NCBI RefSeq assembly: GCF_006345805.1
Contig: NC_042999.1
Span: forward strand, 116,994,001-117,058,000
DNA: 64,000 nt
Reading direction: 5' to 3'
Source: Octopus sinensis
Lineage: Eukaryota
Shown: in pieces, positions 24,671 through 37,693 of the stretch
Numbering within the stretch: the first letter of the stretch is position 1
Layout of the letters: each line of letters begins with the position of its first letter
Made by a program: the position numbers and the translations under genes
The notes under the pieces: model-generated
Database searches by the model: none
What the model was told of the DNA's origin: nothing
The model's input: only the letters and a program-made list of their open reading frames with translations

Positions 24671-25391
24671 ACCTTTACAAACTTGATCAAGTGAGATCTA
24701 TAATGGGGTGCTGCTCCCATATTTGGCATGGTACAGCTGCTACACATAAAGATATCCTAGACCACATCGAAAGAAAGAGTCACTCATGAACACATTCTAA
24801 CCTGGTCCATAGGTTCTCTGCTTTTCTTACTACTACTACAATGGTCTCTCTTACTTGGAGCTGGCTGGTCTCATGTACTCACCTCTTAGCCACCCCCAAC
24901 TTGCTCATCTCTCCTCTCATCATCCATATTGTACCTTACCTCAAGGAATCATACCAACCACTGTGCCTGTCCTTCGAAACATTAGCTGTCTGAAAATCTT
25001 TCCATGCCCATATTTTTTTTTCTGCAGCCATCAACTTGCAACAATTTAAGAGTAACATTAACTGCTTTCTCTCCAGTGTTGGAGAGGCTGCAAATGCCTT
25101 GGGTGGCACAACTTAACTCCCAATCATACAGAGAAAAAAAAGTTGCAGCTGTTCTCTGTTGCATAATTAAATGATCAATTGTACAACAAATAATGCAAAA
25201 TATTGTTTGAATCCATAATTATATTTATTTTCATAGATTTGTTCTTTTTGATCTACTGCATTAAGATTTTATCTACTGATTTTATATTTTGCATCAAGAT
25301 AATTTTTTTTTCTTTTTCAGATAAATGTATTTCATAAGCTTACTAGTATTTTTCTTGTTTTTAATTAATTTCTTTTTATCATATTTTAAAG

Positions 25392-25519
25392 TTTTTCCTC
25401 TGAAGTGTGCAGTCCAAAATTATGTGTGGGGTAAACTTGGTAACCAGAGCGAAGTTGCTCGACTTTCTCAATCAGGCAATCCAGATTTCAAGCTTCAACA
25501 AGATGTTCCATATGCTGAA
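25392..25519 (+). CDS. MPI: MPI exon 2 (VFPLKCAVQNYVWGKLGNQSEVARLSQSGNPDFKLQQDVPYAE)
   Basis: AG acceptor at 25390-91 and GTGAGT donor; 128 bp; YxWG and PYAE motifs of type I PMI. Confidence 0.96.
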
Positions 25520-26078
25520 GTGAGTATTAATGTTCACTGTGATTTTTCTAAATGTCAAATAGTCTTCACTTTTTCTGTGTATGTTCTTGATTCACAACAG
25601 AATCTGGATGAGTGTGAAGAATTTTCAGTACACTCAACATTTTAAAATCTGATGTTTGCTGACGTTAGTAACTATCATAGTAAAAGGATAATTTATAGTA
25701 CCACAAATATAGATTTTGTATACATACATGCCCACATATATATACACTCTTACACACACACACACACACATTTATAGACTCTTATACACACACACACACA
25801 CACATATATATATACACTCTTACACACACACACACACACACACATATATATGTATATGTATATATTTACAAATAGATAGATAAAATCTGAGAGATACAAT
25901 TGACAATCCAATAATTTATTTGTATTATAACAAAATATACTATGAATATAATATAACAAACAATTATTAAAACATCAAAATTTATATGGTATTCAACTGA
26001 TGTACCAGTGAATTTGGATATTTCACACACCCTTCTGAAGGAATTTTTTCCTTAGTCAGTTAATTTTATATATATATA

Positions 26079-26581
26079 TATAATCAAAAATAAGCAACAA
26101 GAATGAATCCAGTAATTTAGTACAATTGTTTCATACTACAACATTTTATTAAAAGCTGTAAATATTACAGCAGATTTAATATATCGAGTAATCATCGGCT
26201 AATTTTATATAGGTTTTCCAATAATATAAAGTTCTCAGATCAATTAGTAACATCTTAGGGAAAGTAAATATACAGATAAAGATGTAGATATGAATCTCAG
26301 GAACATGAGGTAATGTAGTTAGGATCTGGTTGGCATCCTAACTATATTACCTCATGTTCCTGAGATTCATATCTACATCTTTATCTGTATATTTACTTTC
26401 CCTAAGATGTTACTAATTGATCTGAGAACTTTATATTATTGGAAAACCTATATAAAATTAGCTGATGATTACTCGACATATTAAATCTGCTGTAATATTT
26501 ACAGCTTTTAATAAAATGTTGTAGTATGAAACAATTTTACTAAATTACCGGATTCATTCTTGTTGCTTATTTTTTATTATA
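26079..26581. repeat. 503-bp near-perfect palindrome (247-bp arms, 9-nt loop CTGGTTGGC) with a hammerhead motif in each arm
   Basis: Arms 26079-26325 and 26335-26581 are reverse complements with about 6 mismatches by manual comparison. Confidence 0.95.
26455..26546 (+). ncRNA. Type I hammerhead ribozyme-like motif (imperfect); mirror copy on the - strand at 26114-26205
   Basis: CUGAUGA (26462-68), 23-bp interrupted stem II hairpin, GAAA (26528-31), stem III ACAAUU(G/U)U, A17, and stem I CUAA pairing with upstream UUAG. Confidence 0.6.
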
Positions 26582-26676
26582 ATCACCCCGCATATTTTTA
26601 TGGGTAATACCATAAAAAAAATTCTGGTGCATCTAAATTAAGTACCATATTCATTTGAATCTAAATTGTTTGCTGA

Positions 26677-26716
<40 letters not shown>

Positions 26717-29700
26717 AATATCATAATGTAAGAATTATAAAATGTATATTAATATATGTTATACAGTAGCAAACATCATTTTATACAGGCCTCTTACTTG
26801 AATTAGAGTGAGAAGATATGTTTAATATAGCAAAAACTGACAGTTAACTCAAGCTTTTGCTAGATGAAACGTAGATTGTGTATTCATTACATGACACCAT
26901 TGATTACACCAAAGAGACCCAGCCAACTTCTGCCAATTTAGGCTATATATATTTAAACCTTTTAGCACATCTGCATCAGCAACAATTGTATAATACTATT
27001 GCTTTCTGTGACAGAGCTATCAGTAGTAAGCATGCAATGTATATGCTTTGATGGTAGCTACCTGTTCGATAGACTTTCAATTACTCTACTATGTTAAACT
27101 GAAGTAGATTAGCCTATCTGGTGACGTTCAGTGTCTATGAATGTTTGTTATTTTCATGTGATATGTAACACAAGAAATTTCCAATTTATTTATGGCTTAA
27201 TTTGGAAGGTTGTCATCACTCAAAACATGATAGATACAAAGTTTGAGTTTTATGGGAGAGCCTGTTCTTATTTTCTGTCCTAGATTTTTCTTGTAAAATA
27301 TATATTTAAAATCTTAAAAATATTAATGTATAACTTTACTTCATCACCATCATCATGGTATGTCTTCTTTCTATATTGCCATGGGTTGAATTGGTTGTAA
27401 CATCCAAGTTGGTTCTTATTTAGAGCTACTGTCCTTCTAAACAGGTTAGGGAACCAGGTTTTGTGTGAACATTTCATTTCATGATGCCCTTCTTGTTAAC
27501 CTCAGTTTTACAGAGTGTACTGTCACATTGCACCAAAGAGGTTGTCATATTCTCATCATGACTAAAGGGTTCTTTCAACCCTACTCTACTGGTTTGCTAA
27601 ACACTTTGCTGCGATATTACATTCAGTTTTACATGTGATATTGGGGAATGTAAATTTAGAACTGTATTAAAAAAGAGGAAAATGATTAGCACTTATTTCA
27701 TTCTTATGTATAGTGCATATTCCTAATTTTTAGATTTAAAATTCCAGATTAAAAAAAAAAATATGTGTGCTATACAAGGTACTTGTATTTAAGAGACTTT
27801 TAGAGGTTTTTATTAAATTGATTGCCCTGATCTCTGGTTAGCTAACAACAAATATACCTTTAAGTTTGTAAACACCAAAACCATCAAAATTATAGACATG
27901 TTAAACTCCACTTTGCCAAAGAATCCTTGCCATTAAGAAAGGCAGTTTTCAGCACACATAGTTATGTTTAGATGGCACGTGGTCTGATGTGTGAACGAGA
28001 TTAATAGTCCTTTGGAGTATATCCTTTATTATGGAAGTATAAAAATTGATGGCATTGATTTAGATCAATTAACATTTACTTTCAATTTGATTTCATAGAA
28101 TCAGTTAATAACTTCCGGTTCATCATAGTTTTAAAGTTCATAGAGTGCTTATTAGTCATTCCAACTTATCTATTTATTTGTTGCTAATCAAATCTAACTT
28201 GGACTTCACTGATTTCAATCTGCTTGAGATCACCTCTAGTCCTACAATACCATAATCACTTATTTTCAAGTGTTCACATTTGAATTAAACCTTCCCCCAT
28301 GATTATGTAGAAAAACACAAGTTATTTTCTGGACATTAGATTAATAATAATGGGTTATATTATTAAATACCTCCAAATTCTTGATTTTGTTTTTTCTCAA
28401 AACTAATTGCATGACATAAATTAATCTCATTAGAAATATTGTTACAAAAGGTTTAATCTGTGTATCAGAATATTTTCTTCAGTTTTATGAATGCTATTTT
28501 AGACAAACCTTTACATTTGTCTTGGATTTTGAGATTGGAATCTGTGTGATGTGTTTCTTGTTTGTTTTATCTTCAAGGTAAACCTAGTTCTGAAATATTT
28601 AAAAATAACTAGTTACCCTGAGTGGCTTTATTATTTAGTCCATGTTTGCTTAGGATAAGTAAATTGTCTAGAAGAATGATAATGGCCTATTTTGCAAACA
28701 TGGATTTTTATGTATCCTTCCTAGATTAATTATATTGAGCTGTTGAATTTTATATAAATTGAAATTTATTTTGAATCTTACTACCTGAAATTTTTAGAAA
28801 ATTGAACCATTTATTTCATTGAAAATGATGAGTGGATGGTAAAATCAGTAAAGTGTTTTGTTTCATTTGATTATATTCTAAGTTCAGTTCCTACCCTAAT
28901 CCACTTTCATTCATTCTAGTATGATCAAATAAGTAGTAGGATCGATGCAATCGGCTATACCCTAGAGGTCAGTTCCTTAGCATGGCCACATCACAATGAC
29001 CAAAGTTAGTAAAAAGTAAAAGAATGTTTCACTTTAAATAGTTAACCATTATGTTTCACCTTAATTCTGTTTTCTTTTTCTCTTAGACTAAGAAAAGTAT
29101 GATTGTACAAATTGTTTTTTGATAGTTTAATTTTGGCTGAGTTTCTTAATAATCTTTCAGATTATTATTTCAAATGTAATGCTTATTTAGTCACATTGTT
29201 TTGAATTAATTACGCATTATCTTGTAGCCTTGAGATTTCAATAATGTTATTGTTTATTTGTAGATTGGCATTGTAGGGTAGGTGTGACAGGCTGGATCTG
29301 GCCAGTTTAAACAGAAAACAAGTAGAATATTTGGGCCAGGTATGGCCAGTTTAAATGCTAAAGGGTTAAACATAATGTCTCCTAGTCTTGAAGTTGTATA
29401 ATAGTTGTAAAATCATTGCCACTGTCATACAAGCTGTGCTATCCATTTCAAATATTCTGTGAGGACATGTCTGGCTATAAAGAACTATTACCTCACTTGG
29501 AAGCAGGTGTTGGCAACTGGAAGAGCATCCATTTGTATCCCTGTAAATTTGGATTTATTCCCTAATATTTATTATTATTTATTGGCGTTAGGAAGGACAT
29601 CCAGCCGTAGAAACACTGCCAGATCTGACTGGGCCTGACGAAGCCTTCAAGCTTCACAGACCCCAGTTGACCCGTCCAACCCATGCTAGCATGGAAAACG

Positions 29701-30265
29701 GACGCTAAACGATGATGATGATGATGATATATATATATATAGGGCAAAGTATAAATAGTGGTCATTACATATTTTTGCAGCTGTTTCCAGTAGTCATTAT
29801 AGGTATATTATTGATATGTTTAAGCAATTAGTCTATTGACCAGTTGAAAAAATTGAATGACCTTAAAAAAATTTTAACCCCTCCTGGGTATTGTCTATTC
29901 TTAGAAAACAGCCATGTTTTGATGGTGATAAATATTACTTCTTATTTTAAAGTTAGTTATGTTAAAACAGGTTAGTTAATTGTCAACTGCTTTTTTCTTT
30001 TCATACAAGCTGTTATCGGTGAATGAGATTTTTTGAAGCAGTATTCTAAGGTTGTCATTTCTATTGCCATCCTTACTTGTTTTACTAGTAAAGTAGTTTA
30101 TTCCATTGGTCTTTGCACATTGAACTGCTGAACTGTGGACTTAAAAAAAAAACAAAAAACATCACCAGTGCACAGATATCTTGGCAAATATGTGAGTTCA
30201 CCAAACTGTTAATTTAGTAGAAATATTCAAAGAAAATTATTTCTATGAACTTTAATGGATTAACT

Positions 30266-30500
30266 CAGTGGTTCTAAATGGGGTCTATATGAGAGTTTGA
30301 TAAAGTTTATGTGCAATAAATTGGTCATAATTTTACAATACCCAAAATATTTTAACAATTTTTTCTACAGTTCCTAATAATATTTAATTATAACAAAACA
30401 CTTGGATTTTTTTTTTTAAATATCAAATGATATAAGGGTCTACTGGAGTAATATAAGAATCAAAGGGGTCCGTAGGTAAAAAAATGGTTAAAAACCACTG
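30266..30500. mobile_element. hAT (Charlie-like) MITE
   Basis: Termini CAGTGGTT...AACCACTG with 8-bp flanks GATTAACT / TATTAACT (7/8 TSD). An oppositely oriented copy lies at 38099-38328. Confidence 0.8.
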
Positions 30501-33017
30501 TATTAACTTGTCCTAATCAGTCTCTGGACTCTGATTGTCATCTATTTCCTTGGATTCTTTATCTTACATGCTAACTTCTCAGAAATGTTGAATATCGCTA
30601 AGTGCATCGATATATGAGAAGCATTAGTTAATGAAAGATAAATTTTCTTAGTTTGGAGTTACATAATGTAAAGAAGCCATAAAATGGATAAAAAGTTGCC
30701 ATGCCTTTCATAGTGTTAAATGTTGTACAAGTAAGGTTGAGCGTTATCTTATACACTCGGTTATTATTTGATTGACCTTATAAATGAAATAACACTCAAG
30801 TTATGCAAAAATTACAATATTGCAAAATCACCTAACCTATGCCAATCTGAACATCGATAAAATAATAGTAATAATGAAATAGTGTTATCTAATTTTGAAT
30901 TGACTGATTGATTGATTTTATCTTGTTGAGAATGTCTGTAGTACCTTCAATACTAGATTTGAATACAGAAATGTCAGTTATATAACCTTTTGCTGAATAT
31001 TTTATTTTCTCCTGCATAATTAAAAATACAGAGATGTTAAAACTAAGATTCTCCTTATCATTAAATAGCTAATGATAGAGAGAGATAGTTTTCCTTCTAA
31101 TAACAATAATTTCTTTTGTAATTGAATTTAATACTTTTGTTGTTTTTAATCAGTTTTTCCAGAAATTTTTTCTATGTATTTGGTGAACTTTATTGGTTAT
31201 ATTCAGTATAGTGTGTTGTTTAATGTCTGAAATAAAGTCAGCACCTAGGTTTGTTAGTTTCAATTAGTGATAATGATACATCATTAATTTTTTTTTCTTA
31301 TTAGGGTTTCATTGATTTTGTAACAAAGAATAAATTTCTGCATTTGATACCTTTTGACTTTCTATTAATATTCGTCTAAAAATTATCAAGCAGTGCTGTT
31401 TATTACGATTTCATGCATTTTATTTAATATGTTATTTTCTTGGCTTTTCATATGTAATTCCTTGTGTTTACCTATATCTTCTTTGTCTATACTTTGTAAA
31501 TTTCCAAACGTTTGTAGAATTAGAATTTTGAACTTGTTTCAATGTATAATACCTTAATGACACATAGATCCTTCAAAGTAAACAATTTAAAGTTGCCTGT
31601 TTCTTTTTGTTAATTTACCTAAATCATCTTTTTTCAGCTGTTAAAAATTCATGGATCTTTGATTGATATTCATAACAGTTCATTTTTTTTTTTTTAAGGC
31701 AATGGTTGCTATCTGTATTATTAGTTCAGATGTGTAACAAATAAACAACCTTTAATAAGCAAGTTCTTTGTTGATTTAATGTGTCTCTAATCAGTTTCTT
31801 AATTTACCTGGCATGTTAATTCTATATTCCTTATGAATTGTATTTTGTTGGCTGTTTATATTAGTTGTTTAAATAAAGAAAATATGTTTAATCTCCAGTT
31901 GTTAGAATGTTTACAATTTAATTGGAAATAATTTCTTAAGCACAATACCTTTGATTTAGATAGTATAAGTGCTGTAGTTGTGTAATATCCAACCCTTTCT
32001 TAAGGGGATTCATAATATAATTAAAAGAGAATTGTAATCTGAAATGAAATCTGGTCTCAGACTACTTTCAGCTGATGCCCTGACTTGCTTTGTGATGATA
32101 GCACTTATTTCATAATACATTTTCTATTATTTTTCTCTGCTAACAATCTTTCATAAACTTCTCTTTATTATAGGTAAGTTATATATAGAATAAATGAATA
32201 TTGTTTACTTATCGTTTCTCAACAAATAGCTTACTGTTGAATACTAACAATTTCTTCATTCTCATCTGTTGTATATCAGTTTTAAAAATAAAATTCACTG
32301 TTAGAATAGACTTCTTGATAAAATGTTGGTAGTGAGCTGTAGGTAGTTATTCTTTTGTAAACTGATTGTCTACAAACTCTGAAATCTTGATGTCTGTATA
32401 TATTGATCAACACTGTTTTTTGTTTCCACCCCCGCTACATTCTCTTTGAGTTAAGTATTATATTAGCTGATTACCTTATCAACTGTTATTGTTCTCAAGA
32501 AATTAGGCATGCCATTCAGTTCTACAGGCTGCAAGTTTGCCCATGACTGACTTACAAGACAGTGAAACATAGATCATAGTTGCTGAGTTTGTAAAGTCAT
32601 GGAAGCTGAAGGAAATTGTGTCAAGTTCGCTCTACTGAATATGTAATGTCAATTTACATTAAAGGTAGACCAAAATGAATTTAGAGAGCAGCTGAGCATT
32701 AAAGGTATCAGCTAGTGTATGCTAGTTCAGATATAATTTGATTAGCTGATGAGTGTCCTGTGCTGTCAGAAAAAAAAAGGAGTGGTGAAGTCAGTTTTGA
32801 GAACACTGCCTCAAATGTCCACCTATAACAGCACACACACAAAAAAAGAAATATTAAAATGTTGAAAATTTACTAAATGCTTAAAATTGAACTGGTTGAA
32901 AACTGAAAATGTATATTACCTTAACTTTGTGAGTTGTGTATTTTGTTTAAAATATTTATTATTACAAAAATTTTGTCTTCTTAATTACAAAATTCATTGT
33001 TTTGTATTTTTTTAAAG

Positions 33018-33218
33018 TTATGGATGGGAACACATCCAAATGGACCCTCTAAAATATATTTGGAAGGAATGGAAGAGAAAGATCTTGGAGAGTGGATCAG
33101 TGAACATCCAGAACGGTTAGGAAAGGAGACTAATGACTACTTTAAAGGAGAGTTGCCTTTTTTGTTCAAGGTACTTTCTGTTAGAACATCCCTCTCAATT
33201 CAAGCACATCCAAATAAG
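33018..33218 (+). CDS. MPI: MPI exon 3 (LWMGTHP...LPFLFKVLSVRTSLSIQAHPNK)
   Basis: 201 bp, AG/GTGAGT boundaries; ELWMGTHP motif and the SIQAHP zinc ligands (Gln, His). Confidence 0.98.
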
Positions 33219-35314
33219 GTGAGTAAATATTTTTTAGTTTACTCTTACAGTATTTTTCACCAGACATTTTATGACAAATATCTTTACAAATAAGACTTAT
33301 TTTTTTTGTTTTCCCAGCATTGATTATTTATATTTAATAATAATTAGTGCAGGAATAGCTTTGTGATTAAGAAATTGTATATCTGATCCTATGGCTTAGC
33401 ATCTTGGGCAAGTGTCTTCCACTATGGGTTCAGGTTGACCAGTTCCTTTTGAATGGAATTCTAACAACAGAAACTATATAGATGAACATCATGGTTTGTG
33501 TGTGTGTGTGTGTCTGTGTCTGTGTGTCTTGTACTTAGTGGCTTCATCAGAGATCAATAGAATAAATATTGAACAGAAATAAATTCTGTGGTTATGAATC
33601 CAGCATGGCTGCAGTCCAATAACTGAAACTAATTGGTTAGTAATTGATTGGTTGAGAAAATTAACTTGCAATGTTTCAATGTTCTGCCATCGAGACCAAA
33701 CTACTATTACTATAAGGCCTGGAGGGGGAATGATCAAATACAGCTTAGTTTGTTGTACAAAGTCTCTAAAGATAGTCTTTGTTGTTGAATGGATAGGTAA
33801 TAAATTCCCATTGCGTATCAGCATCTATTTCTCCCTTAGTGTTAGTCATTAGATGAGCTAACTTGATTGCATTTTGGTACCACCTTGAGTGACAAAATAA
33901 CAAAGGAGCTCCAGCCTGTGAGAAGGTCTCTACATGGTTGCTGAGATTGCTAGAAACAATAAACAAATTGAGCCAATAAAGAAAATCTCTACATAGTCTT
34001 GTTTCTTACTAAAAATACCAATCAAACCTCCCTCAGATCACACCTGTTTTAAAATGGAAGTTCATATTGGATACAATAGTTCGAGATATCAAATTGAAAT
34101 GATCATGTTTGGAACAGCTTTGATAAGTCAACTTAAGGCTGACTTAGGGTTAAGAAAACAAAAGCCTTGAATACCAAGCTAATCTTCCTTAACCCTTTAG
34201 CATTCAGGTTATTCTGTCAAACGTAATGCTTATTTATTCACATTGTTTTGAATTAATCATGCTTCTATAGTTTTGGAATGACATTGTAAGGTATGTGTGT
34301 GAGGCCAGATCTTGTTGAACATACGATATATAGAATATTTGAATCTGATGTGGCCATTTGAAATGCTAAAGGATTATATCTCACTCTCCAGTTATAAAAC
34401 ATATTGGATAAGGTAGTCAATATACATCACATTTGAAACAAAAACAGAATGGTCTTGGCTGGAATGCCTTTTATCATTGGTCAGAATCTGTAACAAATAT
34501 TGATATGCAAAGACTGTTTTACTTGTATTGTTTCTTTTTTTTTTACTTTTTGGTACCTCACAGTTGAATAAGTGGTTGTGTTGTGTGATTGTCAGGTAGA
34601 ATGCCTTGCAGTATTTGTCCAGCTAATTACTTTCTGAATCAAAGTCTTGCCAAAGTCAACTTTGTGTTTCAACCTTTTGAGGGCCAATACAATAAAATAC
34701 CAACCTAAGTTGGTGTATTGGTGGGTTTGATAGAACATTAGACAAGACACCTAATGGTACTTGTTCTTGTTTCTTTGCATTGTGAGTTCTTGAACAGGAA
34801 ATTTCTTGTGTTACCCAATTTAACAACCATTTCTTTCTTGCCTGTTATTGGTGGAATTTACTCTGTTACAAGTATTTGCGGGCTATGACTTTTGTTTAAT
34901 GATAGATCCTTCCTATTAGTCTTCAAAGTCCTTAAAAAATAAAGGGTTTTAAGCATTGTTATAAAAGCACATGACCTAGTGATTAGGGTGTTCAGCTCAC
35001 AGTTGATATCTTCAATTCAAGTTCATATCCTAGGTAGGGCAACATGAGGTCTAATCACTAAGCATCTGGACTGTTGCCATAATAACGAAGCTAAGGCATG
35101 CAGAGTAAAGCTACTTGGCAAAGACTGACCTTGAACTCTGCTGTGCATGTGCACTAAGTTTTAATGTTCTAGCTTTAATTCAATGTAAAGATTTAGGCTA
35201 CTGAAAAATAACATGATATCCTACCTCTTATTTCATAGACGGCCTCTAGTTCCACATCCCTTTAAAACTGATTTCTTTTTCCAGTTCTGTATTTAAGAGA
35301 TGAGGAATTGTGTA

Positions 35315-35712
35315 CATTATTTACATTTCACAGATATTTGTCCTCGTCTTGTTAGTTGTTAACACAACGTTTCAGCTGATATACCCTCCAGCCTTCATCA
35401 GGTGTTTTGGGGAAATTTCGAAACTGGGTTCTCATTCCTAAGGTATTTCTTGATATTATTATTATTCATGGGCAAATGGCGTAGTGGTTAAGAGCGCAGG
35501 CTACTAAGCCCAAGATTCCGAGTTCAATTCCAGGCAGTGACCTGAATAATAATAATAATAATAATATTTGAAAAATGCCTTAGGAATGAGAACCCAGGTT
35601 CAAAATTTTCCCAAGACACCTGATGAAGGCTGGAGGGTATATCAGCCAAAACGTGTTAACAACAAACAAGATGAGGACAAATATCTGTCAAATGTATATA
35701 ATGTAAATAATG
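35315..35712. mobile_element. Palindromic tRNA-headed element with hammerhead motifs (SINE/retrozyme-like)
   Basis: Arms ~35315-35467 and ~35544-35712 are inverted repeats around a tRNA-like centre (A box TGGCGTAGTGG 35477-87, B box GTTCAATTCC 35522-31); each arm has (AAT)n, a hammerhead motif and a TGTAAATAA-type tail. Confidence 0.85.
35361..35406 (-). ncRNA. Minimal type I hammerhead ribozyme (GUU cleavage triplet)
   Basis: 5'-AACAC CUGAUGA A GGCUG gaggguauau CAGCU GAA ACGU U GUGUU-3': perfect 5-bp stem I, 5-bp stem II, complete core, and the palindromic ACGU stem III typical of dimer-cleaving PLE hammerheads. Confidence 0.78.
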
Positions 35713-37693
35713 ATTTCTTTTTCCTTACATTTTAACCCACAACCAGTAAAATGATACATTTATTTATAAACCTTTAAGGGTTTCGGTTTGTAATTAGAAA
35801 TTTAAATTTTGCTGTTTTTAAACGAAAGATTTCGAACAAAGCTTTATATCTCTAAGTATTCACGAAAACCTTTCTGAAAGTTAAGGTTGATGGAAAAGAA
35901 CACCATCTTGTGAATTACATAAATGAAAGTTGCTAGGGATTTTATATATTCCAAAATATTAATCCTTAAAAATTTTGTTATGTAACTTTACAAACTGTTC
36001 AATTGCATTATTTATTGATTTTGAAAGTCTGTAGAAATATTGAATGTTTGCTGATCTTCAAATTCTGTATATACAACCACAAAACTTTTGAAATAAATTT
36101 TTAATCATACTCTTTTTTATTTTTAATGTCATAGTATTTTTGTTTTATTGTGTGGTTGCATTACTGAATGTATTGAAGTAATATAGGATTAATGTATGTC
36201 AAATATTTTCCCTTAAATTCTTTGAGTATATTCTAATTAAGGCAATTAAGATAAGAAATACATTTAGTTCTTAAAATAGTAGATTTCCTGTTCTCTAGTT
36301 CTGAATTATTTGTGTGATGCTGCAATACATAAGATAGCTATTGTGAAGTATTAACAACCTTATCAAGCTCTGCAACAACTAAGTTCTTAAGCTTTGTTTT
36401 AATGTAAATTATCATTTTATTTCATTCTGGCTATTTTTATTAGCTTTGTACTGTTTTAGAGCTTAAATGCTTTTTCATCAATTTGTTTCAACATACTTGA
36501 CAGGATTATATAGAGATACATACATCACTTGCAATCTTAGATGCATATTAAGAGTTGAAGTAACAAAGGCTTTTTATGTTTGTATTAAAAAGATAGTTGT
36601 TCAGCAATCACTATGGTTACACATTCACAATTCAAACTTTTGTTTGTAAGGAGATCTAGGTCACTTTCAGTCTAGGGGTTGCTTAGTGATCTTGATATAT
36701 AGATGAGTAGGGCTTCAATAAGTATGACCAGTCACAAGAATTGAGCTGCTAGTGTTTGTGACTCTAAGTTTACTGGATATGAAAGCTAATTTGTGTTATC
36801 TATACCATCCTAATAAATGGTAATATATTGTTTATTGTTCAAGGTGAATGGAATAATCCAAGGCATTAGCAATTGCAAAAAGATGTTAAATATAAGCAAT
36901 GGAAACTGAAGACTTTTGAGAAGACTAATCTACAGAGTATGCATGTAAATTTCAGACAGATGTACACTTTGAGAAGTGAGCTGAGAAAGTTATTAGCTTT
37001 AGAAGGTTTCAACTGATGAATGCAGGAGAAATGATAGTGCTAATGTTAACAAAACATACAAGATTGGTGGGAAAGCGCTTCAGGAGTTGGGGTATAAAGG
37101 ATGACTGGAGGTTGTTACGAATTTAAGTTCTTTCTTCTACAATAAAACCTTACAGCCTTGATACTATAAAGTTCAGTAACCAGGTTATTGATAAGAATTT
37201 GTTCTTCATTCATCATCATCATCATCATCATCATTTAGCGTCCGTTTTCCATGCTAGCATGGGTTGGACGGTTCTACTGGGGTCTGTGAAGCCAGAAGGC
37301 TTCATCAGGCCCAGTCAAATCTGGCAGTGTTTCTACGGCTGGATGCCCTTCCTATTGAAAATATATTGGTGTGCAAATTTATGTTTACACATTTCATTTT
37401 TAATTTTTATTAACCCTTTTGTTGTCATATTTCCCTTGAAATACACTATCTTTGTGTTAATTATTTTTAAAAATAAGGAAGAATTTATTAAAATACCTAT
37501 CATTTTTAAGCTGGTGTTTGGAACATAAAGGAACATGAAATTTTGATGCAAGTTTTTAATTTAGATCACTTTAAAATTGAGAATTTGTATTATAAAACTA
37601 GGAGTTACTGCAGGCAGGTTGCCATCAGAAGGGTTCAATAATTTTTCTTTAGGAAATGTAGCATTTAAACTTCAATATTCTTACTTATTTCAG

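Noticed and set aside
25325-25391. Upstream ATG of the track ORF as the MPI start
   Set aside because: The hydrophobic-looking sequence is the polypyrimidine tract; the spliced start at 3711 fits the orthologues.
28824-28920. Intronic C/D snoRNA (ATGATGA box)
   Set aside because: No downstream CTGA D box with a terminal stem.
35468-35545. tRNA gene (also 17468-17535)
   Set aside because: A and B boxes are present but there is no proper acceptor stem or cloverleaf, and both continue into SINE bodies.
37260-37345. CUGAUGA plus GAAAC in the RTE-tailed SINE (and the 29589-29727 copy) as a hammerhead
   Set aside because: Order and pairing do not fit any hammerhead topology: no stem II closure and no valid NUH. 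It is only a local TGAAGCC/GGCTTCA hairpin.
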